From assembly GCA_964515735.1 (NCBI GenBank), contig CAZEVP010000007.1, positions 8,821 through 72,820 on the forward strand: a stretch of 64,000 bases of DNA, given 5' to 3'. This document shows positions 56,877 to 64,000 of this stretch, piece after piece (the stretch's first letter is position 1; each line of letters opens with the position of its first letter). Position numbers and translations under genes: made by a program. The notes under the pieces were generated by a model. It made no database searches. It was not told the DNA's origin and saw only the letters and a program-made list of their open reading frames with translations. Origin of the DNA: an uncultured Verrucomicrobiaceae bacterium (lineage in GTDB: Bacteria; Pseudomonadota; Gammaproteobacteria; Pseudomonadales; CAMLJR01).

Positions 56877-58297
56877 GGCTGCTCCTTCAGCGTCACGTCG
56901 AGCGCATCGCGCAGCGCGTCGCCGAACATGTTGAACGCGAACACGGTCAGGCTGATGCACAGCGCCGGCCACAGCAGCTCCTGCGGATGCACCAGCAGGT
57001 TGCGCACGCCGTCGTTGCTCATCGAGCCCCACGACGGCGTCGGCGGCGTCACGCCCATGCCGATGAACGACAGGAACGCCTCGGTGAAGATCGCGCTCGG
57101 CACCGCGAAGGTCAGCGCCACCAGCACCACGCCGAGCAGGTTCGGCAGCATGTGGCGGACGATGATGTAGAAGTTGCCGCCGCCGGCGAGGCGCGCGGCG
57201 CTGACGTAGCCCTCCTCGCGCAGCTGCAGCACCTGCCCGCGCACGAGGCGCGCACTGGCGGGCCAGCTCATCAGCAACATCGCCAGCACCAGCGGCATGA
57301 TGCCGCTCTCGCCGGGGCCGATGCCGAAGGCGATGCGCAGCAGGATCATGAACAGCAGGAACGGCAGCGCGACGACGAAATCGGCGAAGCGCATCATCCA
57401 GTTGTCGACGCGGCCGCCGACGAAACCGGCGGTGGCGCCGTAGATGACGCCGAGCGTGATGAACAGCAGCGGCGCGGTCAGGCCGATGAACAGCGAGGTG
57501 CGGCCGCCGTGCAGCAGCCGCGCCAGCAGGTCGCGGCCGAGGTAATCGGTGCCGAGCGGGTGCGCCGGCAGCTCGACCGCGCGGTCGCGCCACAGCAACG
57601 GGTCGGCGTCGGCCGGTACGATGCCCTGGATCTGCGCGTCGAGCAGCGCGATCGCCGGCTCCGGTGCGGCACTGACGGTGGCGTACAGCGGCGCCTCGTC
57701 GACGCCGTCGCTGGCGACGACGGTGTAGAAGTAGGTACGCGACTGCAGCTGCAACCGGTCCTCGAAGCCGACCTGCTCGTGGCCGAAGGTCTGGCCCAGT
57801 GGCAGGCCGAGATCGGTGCGGTCGCGCGGTTCGCGCAGATGGCGGTAGATCTGGTAGCGCAGCGCCCCCGGCACCGGCTGCCAGCGCAGCCGCACCCACT
57901 CGGTATTCGCCTCCACCACTTCCAGTTCCTGCGGCGCCGCCAGCCGCGACGCCGGCAGCAACTGTTCGGTCGGCAGCTCGACCTGCGCGCGCCAGTCGCC
58001 ATCATGGATGACCAGCCGCGCCGGCCGCGCGCCGCTCGCTGTCTGCGATGTCGCGTTCAGCGACTGCCGCGCCGGGTCGAGCGGCCACAGCCACGGCCCG
58101 ACGATCACCGCGATCACCATCAGCACAATGACGCCGCCGCCGAGCAGCGCGCGCGGGTTGCGCCGCAAGCGCCCGCCCACCTGCGACCAGTAGCTGCGCG
58201 ACGGCCGCGCCATCTGCTCCAGCGCGGCGCGCTCGCCTGCCGGCGTCAGCAGCGCCGGGTCGAGGCGATCGGAAACGGCGATACCGGTCTCGCTCAT
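56873..58297 (-). CDS. ABC transporter permease (DppC/OppC-like) with a ~180-aa periplasmic insertion containing an FN3-like module
   Basis: The 3' part of ORF 56873..59335, start MSETGIAV (ATG 58297). 474 aa. TM1 is followed by ~200 aa before the conserved HPLGTDYLGRDLLARLL. The insertion contains EWVRLRWQPVPGALRYQIYRH...YFYTVVASD. Confidence 0.85.
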   Translation of the reverse strand: MSETGIAVSDRLDPALLTPAGERAALEQMARPSRSYWSQVGGRLRRNPRALLGGGVIVLMVIAVIVGPWLWPLDPARQSLNATSQTASGARPARLVIHDGDWRAQVELPTEQLLPASRLAAPQELEVVEANTEWVRLRWQPVPGALRYQIYRHLREPRDRTDLGLPLGQTFGHEQVGFEDRLQLQSRTYFYTVVASDGVDEAPLYATVSAAPEPAIALLDAQIQGIVPADADPLLWRDRAVELPAHPLGTDYLGRDLLARLLHGGRTSLFIGLTAPLLFITLGVIYGATAGFVGGRVDNWMMRFADFVVALPFLLFMILLRIAFGIGPGESGIMPLVLAMLLMSWPASARLVRGQVLQLREEGYVSAARLAGGGNFYIIVRHMLPNLLGVVLVALTFAVPSAIFTEAFLSFIGMGVTPPTPSWGSMSNDGVRNLLVHPQELLWPALCISLTVFAFNMFGDALRDALDVTLKEQP

Positions 58298-58299
58298 CG

Positions 58300-59232
58300 C
58301 TACCTCACCCGGATGCGCGGGTCGATCGCGCCGTAGAGGATGTCGACCAGCAGCACCATCAGCACCAGGAAGGCGCCGTAGAAGGTGGTGGTGCCCATGA
58401 TCACGGTGTAATCGGACTGCTGCACCGCCTGCACGAAGTAACGGCCGAGGCCGGGAATGGCGAAGATCAGCTCGACGACGAAGCCGCCGGTGGTGATCGC
58501 CGCCACCGCCGGCCCCAGCACCGTCACCACCGGCAGCAGCGCGTTGCGCAGCTGGTGGCGGAAGAAGATGCGCGACGACGGCAAACCCTTGGCGCGCGCC
58601 GTGCGCACGAAATCGGCCTGCGCCACTTCGAGCATCGACGAGCGCATCAGCCGCGTCATGTAGGCCATCGTGCCGAGGCCGAGCACCAGCGCCGGCACCA
58701 CGATGTGGCGCGGCTCGCCCCAGCCGGCCACCGGCAGCAGGTTGATGCCGAGCCAGTCGTTCAGTTTCAGGATGCCGAGCTGCGCCAGCGCGGCGATGAC
58801 GAACGACGGCACCGAGATGCCAAGGATCACCGTGGCGGTGATGGCGAGGTCGGGCCAGCGGTCGCGAAAGCGCGCCGCCAGCGCGCCGAACAGCACCGCG
58901 CCCAGCGTCGCGATCACCAGCGCGACGACGCCGAGCAGCGCCGACACCGGAAAGTGTTCGCGGATGATGTCGTTGACGCGGCGGTTCTGCTGCGTGAACG
59001 AGATGCCGAAATCGCCCTGCACCATGTTGCGCAGGAAGATGCCGTACTGCGTCAGCAGCGGCTTGTCGAGACCGTAGCGCGCTTCCAGGTTGCGGCGAAT
59101 CTCCGGCGACACCGCCTTCTCGCTGGCGAGCGGGTCGCCCGGCACCGCGTGCATCGCGAAGAAGGTCGCGGTGGCGATGAACCAGATCGTGACGATGCCG
59201 GAGAGCAGCCGGCGCAGGATGTAACCGGTCAC
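58300..59232 (-). CDS. ABC transporter permease (DppB/OppB-like)
   Basis: 310 aa. MTGYILRRLL... and the EAA-loop region ADFVRTARAKGL. Confidence 0.9.
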   Translation of the reverse strand: MTGYILRRLLSGIVTIWFIATATFFAMHAVPGDPLASEKAVSPEIRRNLEARYGLDKPLLTQYGIFLRNMVQGDFGISFTQQNRRVNDIIREHFPVSALLGVVALVIATLGAVLFGALAARFRDRWPDLAITATVILGISVPSFVIAALAQLGILKLNDWLGINLLPVAGWGEPRHIVVPALVLGLGTMAYMTRLMRSSMLEVAQADFVRTARAKGLPSSRIFFRHQLRNALLPVVTVLGPAVAAITTGGFVVELIFAIPGLGRYFVQAVQQSDYTVIMGTTTFYGAFLVLMVLLVDILYGAIDPRIRVR

Positions 59233-60932
59233 TGTGCCGCCTCCGCCGCTGCCGCGGCTTCGCGCTCGATGACGCTCTTGTCGACCACGTAAGCGTGGCG
59301 GAAATTGGGATCGCCGCCGAAGACCGCGCGCGCAACGCCGCGCAGCTGCGGGTGCTGCACGTAGACCTGCCCGCTCTCGTAGGTCGGCAGCGCCGGCACG
59401 TCGTCGATCAGCCGCTGCTGCATCTGCGCGAACAGCGCCATCCGCTCGCCGGCATCGGTGCTGACGTTGGCGCGCTGCACCAGCGCGTCGTAATCCGGGT
59501 CGCGGTAACGGCCGCGGTTGTTCTCGTTCCAGCTGGCGAACAGCTCGGCGAAGGTCATCGGGTCGTCGTAGTCCGGCCCCCAGCCGGCGGCGACGATGTC
59601 GAACTGGCCGCGCTGCATCCTGTCGAGGCGCTGCTTGGCGATCTGGCGGTCGATGCGCACGTCGAGGCCGAGACCGGCCGCCAGCAGCTGCTGGAAGTAC
59701 TCCGCCTCCTTGCCGAGCCGCGAGCTGTCGCTGGCCAGCAGCACGATCGGCGGAATGCGTTCGACGCCGAGCTCGCTCTTCGCCAGTTCAAGATAGTGCC
59801 GCGCGATGCCGAGGCCGCGCTGCGGCGGCAGCGGCGGATGTTCATCGCGCAGCTGTCCGCCGTTCAGCGTGCGCGGAAACATCGAATCGGTGGCGACGTT
59901 ACCCGGCAGCCCGACCACCTTGTTGACCAGCGACGCCGGATCGAACACCGCCTGAATCGCCTTGCGCAGGTTCCGGTTCGCCGTGACGCGGCCGTCGCGC
60001 AGGTTGAACAGCAGGTAGAACAGCGAACCGTCGTTGAACTGGCGGATCTGGTGACCACTGGTCAGCGCATCGCCGAGCGTCTCGCTGTCGAGCGGCGCCA
60101 GCGCGATGCTGCCGTCCTTGTAGAGGTTCAGGTTGGCGCCGGGGTCGGCGGTGATGTACGGAATGTCGATCTCCTGCAGCTTCACCGCGTCGCGATCCCA
60201 GTAGTGCGGATTCTTCGTCAGCGTCAGCCGCGCGCCGTGCACCCAGCGGGTCAGCGTGAAGGCGCCGTTGTAGAGCAGGTCACCGGCATCGGCGGCATAG
60301 CGCTCGCCGCGCTGCTGGTAGAAATCGGCGCGCACCGGGTAGTAGGTGAAAAGCGCGGTCAGGCCGAGAAAATAGGGGCACGGACGCTCGAACTGCACGT
60401 CGAGCCGGTAGTCGTCGACGGCGCGCACGCCGAGCGCGGTGCTCGGCATCTCGCCGCGGTTGATGCGCTCGGCGTTCTTGATCGGAAACAGCGCCGACGC
60501 ATACGGGCTGCCGGTCGCCGGGCTGACCACCTGCCGCCAGGCGAAGACGAAATCGCGCGCCGTGACCGGACGGCCGTCGCTCCAGCGCGCGTTGCGCCGC
60601 AGCCAGAACGTGGCGCCGCCGTCGCGCAGCTGCCAGCGCTGCGCCACGCCGGGCGCCAGCTCGCCGCGCTCGTCGTAGGTCAGCAGCCCCTCCATGACGT
60701 GGCTCAGCACGAAGCTGCTGATCTGGTCGGTGGTCAGCAGGCTGTTCAGGTTCGGCGGCTCGGCTTTCAGCGACAGCCGGATGCGCTGCTTGTCGGCATC
60801 GACGGCGCGCGCCGCGTGCAGCGGCGACACGGCCGCCAGCAGCGCGACGACGAGCGCGACGCGAATGGCGATGACGGCACGGAAAGAGAGATGCGACAGG
60901 GACATGGAGCGGCTTCTTAAGAGATTCGCCAT
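59229..60932 (-). CDS. ABC transporter substrate-binding protein, family 5 (peptide/nickel)
   Basis: 567 aa (alternative start MSLSHLSF at 60905). Signal peptide and typical SBP_bac_5 length and pattern (WSDGRPVTARDFVFAW). Confidence 0.85.
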   Translation of the reverse strand: MANLLRSRSMSLSHLSFRAVIAIRVALVVALLAAVSPLHAARAVDADKQRIRLSLKAEPPNLNSLLTTDQISSFVLSHVMEGLLTYDERGELAPGVAQRWQLRDGGATFWLRRNARWSDGRPVTARDFVFAWRQVVSPATGSPYASALFPIKNAERINRGEMPSTALGVRAVDDYRLDVQFERPCPYFLGLTALFTYYPVRADFYQQRGERYAADAGDLLYNGAFTLTRWVHGARLTLTKNPHYWDRDAVKLQEIDIPYITADPGANLNLYKDGSIALAPLDSETLGDALTSGHQIRQFNDGSLFYLLFNLRDGRVTANRNLRKAIQAVFDPASLVNKVVGLPGNVATDSMFPRTLNGGQLRDEHPPLPPQRGLGIARHYLELAKSELGVERIPPIVLLASDSSRLGKEAEYFQQLLAAGLGLDVRIDRQIAKQRLDRMQRGQFDIVAAGWGPDYDDPMTFAELFASWNENNRGRYRDPDYDALVQRANVSTDAGERMALFAQMQQRLIDDVPALPTYESGQVYVQHPQLRGVARAVFGGDPNFRHAYVVDKSVIEREAAAAAEAAQ

Positions 60933-61009
60933 GCTACCGACGACCGCGCCCCCACCGCAACGAACCGCTACACTGGCCGCCCTCTTCGCCAGCCCTCCCG
61001 ACGACAGCC

Positions 61010-63079
61010 GTGCCCGACCGCGCCAATCCGATCACCAGCCCGGCCGCCAGCCCGTGGCAGCTGCCGACCCCCGACCTGCAGTGGGACGAACAGGGCTCGC
61101 CGCACTCGGGCCGTTTCGACGACATCTATTTCTCGCGCGCCGGCGGCAGCGCCGAAACCGAGTACGTGTTCCTGCAGCAGAACGACCTCGAAACGCGCTG
61201 GCGCGCGCTCGACCCGCACAGCCCGGGCCTGTTCGTCATCGGCGAGACCGGCTTCGGCACCGGCCTCAACTTCCTCGCCGCCTGCGCGCTGTGGCGCCGC
61301 TGCGCACCGCGCGGCTGGCGGCTGCTGTTCATCTCGGCCGAGCGCTTCCCGCTGACGCGCGGCGAACTCGAACGCGCGCTGGCGCAGTGGCCGCAGTACG
61401 CCGAATTCGGCGCGCGCCTGATCGCCGCCTGGCCGCCGCCACTGCCCGGCTTCCACCGCCGCGAACTCGACGACGACATCGCCGTGCAGCTGCTGTTCGG
61501 CGACGCCATCGACCAGTTCGACGCGCTGGCCGACACGCGCGCACCGCTGCTGCCGGCCGGCACGCAGGTCGACTGCTGGTTCCTCGATGGTTTCGCGCCG
61601 GCGAAGAACCCGCAGATGTGGAGCGACGAACTGTTCGCCGCCCTCGCCCGCCTCAGCCGGCCGGGCGCGACCTTCGCCACCTTCACCGCCGCCGGTTTCG
61701 TCCGGCGCGGCCTGCAGGCGGCCGGCTTCGCGGTCGAGCGCGCGCCGGGCTTCGGCAGCAAGCGCGAGATGCTGCGCGGCCGCTTCGTCGGTGCCGACAC
61801 GCAGCGCAGCGTCGATGGCTTCACCGCCGCCGATCACTGGGCGACGCCACCAGCCGCGCGCAGCGCGCGCCACGCCGTCGTCGTCGGCGCCGGACTGGCC
61901 GGCAGCCACACCGCGCGCGCGCTGGCCCGGCGCGGCTGGCGGGTGACCGTGCTGGAGCGCGCCGGGCGCATCGCCGCAGCCGCCTCCGGCAACCCGCAGG
62001 GCATTCTCTACACACGGCTGTCGACGCAGGATTCGACACTGAGCCGCTTCGCGCTCGGCAGCTTCCAGCACGCCGTCGCCCATTACCAGACGCGCCTTGG
62101 CACCGATCTGGCCGGCGCCGGCGACCTGTGCGGTGTGTTGCAGCTGGTCGAGGCCGACGAATGGGAAAAGCTGCGACAGGCCTTCGGTGACGACCGGCAC
62201 GGCGACTGGCTGCGCTTCGTCGACGCGGCCGCCGCCAGCGCCATCGCCGGCTGCCCGGTGCCGCGACCGGCACTGTGGTTCGCCGGCGCCGGCTGGCTGG
62301 CACCGGCCGCGCTGTGCGAGCGCAACCTGCGGCACCCGCTGATCGAAGTGCGGCTGCAGTGCAACGTCGACACCCTGCAGCGCACGGACGACCGCTGGCT
62401 GCTGCAGACCAGCGACGGCGACATCGAGGCCGATACCGTCATCCTCTGCACCGCTTACGAGAACGTAAAGTCACTGCCGGACTCTTCGTTCATGAACCAG
62501 GCGCTGCCGACCAAACCGATCCGCGGCCAGATCACCGAACTGCCAAGCACACTGCTGCGCCACACGCCGCGCTGCGTCATCTGCCACGACGGCTACCTCG
62601 CCCCGCACGGCGACGGGCTGACCGTCGGAGCCACCTTCGACCTGCGCGACGACAATCCGGCGGTGCGCGCCGACGACCACCGCCGCAACCTGCAACAGCA
62701 GGCCGACGCGCTGCCCGCACTGCTGGCCGAATCGCCCGACGCCATCGACTGCGACTCTCTGCACGGCCGCACCGGCTTTCGCGCCGCAACGCCGGACTAC
62801 CTGCCGATCGCCGGCGCCGTCGCCGACGTCGCCGCGCTGCGCGAACGCTTCGGCGCGCTGGCCGGCAACGCGCGCAAGGTCATCGCCGCCGAACCGGCCT
62901 GGCTGCCCAGCCTTTACGTCAACGTCGGTCACGGCTCGCGCGGGCTGACTTCGACACCGCTGTGCGCCGAACTGCTGGCGGCACTGATTTGCGGCGAACC
63001 GCGGCCGCTGCCGCGCGAACTGCAGCGGGCACTGTCGCCGGCGCGGTTTGTGATTCGCGATCTGGTTCGCGGCCGTTGA
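61010..63079 (+). CDS. mnmC: Bifunctional tRNA mnm5s2U methyltransferase / FAD-dependent cmnm5s2U oxidoreductase
   Basis: 689 aa, GTG start. LQWDEQGSPHSGRFDDIYFS, GETGFGTGLNF and DGFAPAKNP (methyltransferase half). VVVGAGLAGSHTARALARRG (FAD half). Confidence 0.9.
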   Translation: MPDRANPITSPAASPWQLPTPDLQWDEQGSPHSGRFDDIYFSRAGGSAETEYVFLQQNDLETRWRALDPHSPGLFVIGETGFGTGLNFLAACALWRRCAPRGWRLLFISAERFPLTRGELERALAQWPQYAEFGARLIAAWPPPLPGFHRRELDDDIAVQLLFGDAIDQFDALADTRAPLLPAGTQVDCWFLDGFAPAKNPQMWSDELFAALARLSRPGATFATFTAAGFVRRGLQAAGFAVERAPGFGSKREMLRGRFVGADTQRSVDGFTAADHWATPPAARSARHAVVVGAGLAGSHTARALARRGWRVTVLERAGRIAAAASGNPQGILYTRLSTQDSTLSRFALGSFQHAVAHYQTRLGTDLAGAGDLCGVLQLVEADEWEKLRQAFGDDRHGDWLRFVDAAAASAIAGCPVPRPALWFAGAGWLAPAALCERNLRHPLIEVRLQCNVDTLQRTDDRWLLQTSDGDIEADTVILCTAYENVKSLPDSSFMNQALPTKPIRGQITELPSTLLRHTPRCVICHDGYLAPHGDGLTVGATFDLRDDNPAVRADDHRRNLQQQADALPALLAESPDAIDCDSLHGRTGFRAATPDYLPIAGAVADVAALRERFGALAGNARKVIAAEPAWLPSLYVNVGHGSRGLTSTPLCAELLAALICGEPRPLPRELQRALSPARFVIRDLVRGR

Positions 63080-63144
63080 CGCAACGGACACTACCTCTAC
63101 ACTCACTCGCACCCCTACCGGCAGCGATCTGTGCAGGAGTGCCC

Positions 63145-63450
63145 ATGCTGATCTCCCCCCGCGCCGGCCACAGCATCACGGCCGAAGAGTTCCACAACTA
63201 TTACGAGCAGATGGTGCGCGACGAGATGGGGCGCCAGCTCGGCGAACACCAGCTCGACGCCGACACGCTGGCCGACATCGCCTGCGTCGCGTTGAATCAC
63301 CTGCCGCCGCGCTACATCCGCTACGACGTCGACATGTCGTTCTATCTGTCGCCGAAGGAGCGCGAGGAGATGGAGCAGAAGGTCGAGACCGCCGTGCGCG
63401 AGGCGGCCGCCTTCGTGCTCGAACGCGGTCGCCAGCGCGACGACAGCTGA
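63145..63450 (+). CDS. ComFB-like small protein
   Basis: Tail of ORF 62275..63450. ATG 63145 with CAGGAG upstream. 101 aa. NYYEQMVRDEM...DIACVALNHLPPRYI resembles the ComFB family pattern (from memory). Confidence 0.55.
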   Translation: MLISPRAGHSITAEEFHNYYEQMVRDEMGRQLGEHQLDADTLADIACVALNHLPPRYIRYDVDMSFYLSPKEREEMEQKVETAVREAAAFVLERGRQRDDS

Positions 63451-63463
63451 GGGGCCCACCGTC

Positions 63464-64000
63464 ATTCCGACTCGTTACCTCTCCGACCACTCCCATCCGC
63501 TCGCGCTTCAGCTGCTGCTCACGGGCGTCCTGCTGCTCGGCGCCGCGCTCGCGAGCGCCGCACCACAGCTCGGCTGGAAACTGATCGCCGACTACCCGCA
63601 CCGCACCGAGGCCTTCACACAGGGGCTCGAATTCGATGGCGACACGCTGCTGGAGAGCTCCGGCCTCTACGGCCGCTCCTTCATCGCCCGCTGGCGCCTC
63701 GACGACGACCAGCCGCCACACATCGCACCACTCGCCGCCGAGCTGTTCGCCGAAGGGCTGACCCGCCTCGGCGAGCGTATCTACCTGCTGACCTGGCGCG
63801 AACGGCGCGGGCTGGTGATCGACGCCGCCACGCTGCAGCCGGTCGGCGATTTCCACTACGACGGCGAGGGCTGGGGCCTGACCAACGACGGCGAGCGGCT
63901 GATCATGAGCGACGGCAGCGCGCAGCTGCGCTTCATCGATCCGGCCACATTGCAGGAGACACACCGGCTGACCGTGCGCGACGGCGGCCGGCCGCTGCGC
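63464..64000 (+). CDS. Glutaminyl-peptide cyclotransferase (beta-propeller type), 3'-truncated by the window. The start codon is unresolved.
   Basis: Hand translation gives ...LLLTGVLLLGAALASAAPQLGWKLIADYPHRTEAFTQGLEFDGDTLLESSGLYGRSFIARW...GEGWGLTNDGERLIMSDGS. The frame is open from 63296 but contains no in-frame ATG/GTG/TTG before the signal-peptide-like segment. ATT at 63464 sits 9 nt after GAGGGG. Confidence 0.7.
   Translation, partial: MPTRYLSDHSHPLALQLLLTGVLLLGAALASAAPQLGWKLIADYPHRTEAFTQGLEFDGDTLLESSGLYGRSFIARWRLDDDQPPHIAPLAAELFAEGLTRLGERIYLLTWRERRGLVIDAATLQPVGDFHYDGEGWGLTNDGERLIMSDGSAQLRFIDPATLQETHRLTVRDGGRPLR

Noticed and set aside
56877-59335. Upstream extensions of ORFs 55854..57899 and 56873..59335
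   Set aside because: They are out-of-frame read-through over the neighbouring permease genes. The true starts (MSDAVLAL, MSETGIAV) fit the 4-nt overlaps typical of this operon.

Overview
This is a 64 kb window of a high-GC proteobacterial chromosome. Host genes show strongly G/C-ending codons. Gene order is gamma/beta-proteobacterial in style: scpA-scpB-rluB, trpH-yciO, yciI, tusDCBE, gltX-tRNA-Ala, hmp/norR and mlaA-hrpA-fadD. I support about 60 protein genes, 4 tRNAs and a set of hairpins, promoter-like sites and repeats.

Most of the window is housekeeping: folD, tusDCBE, galE, trmA, rluB, scpAB, pdxJ, ppiA-like, gltX, dusA, tal, hrpA, fadD, a dpp/opp-type ABC transporter and mnmC.

Accessory or unexplained patches interrupt this:
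1. A low-GC methyltransferase plus hybrid NRPS-PKS block abuts the 3' side of a tRNA Pro-Arg-His cluster (1-3390).
2. A divergent RimK-like ATP-grasp and GNAT/C39-peptidase fusion pair (14013-16792).
3. An orphan cassette at 18049-20777: a 16-codon ORF behind a strong SD, a helical protein with a Cys/Pro tail, an HExxH protein with an internal Cys cluster, and a translationally coupled 173-aa protein. I recognise no family for it, and it is my best candidate for an undescribed system.
4. A roughly 10 kb accessory block holds a TonB receptor, a two-component system, a LysR-controlled Rieske/TauD/SDR/NTF2 operon and an ICE-type DUF2857-like gene. It is bracketed by two ~83-nt multi-hairpin direct repeats and ends at the 3' side of tRNA-Ala.
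5. A 147-bp inverted-repeat element (43725-43871).
6. A REC-PP2C/STAS partner-switching pair with a divergent PilZ gene.
7. An ABC permease carrying an FN3-like periplasmic insertion.

No CRISPR array, rRNA, transposase or integrase was seen. All family names come from motif recognition and hand translation only; no BLAST or HMM search was possible. Many long ORFs in the supplied track are antisense or out-of-frame artefacts typical of GC-rich DNA.
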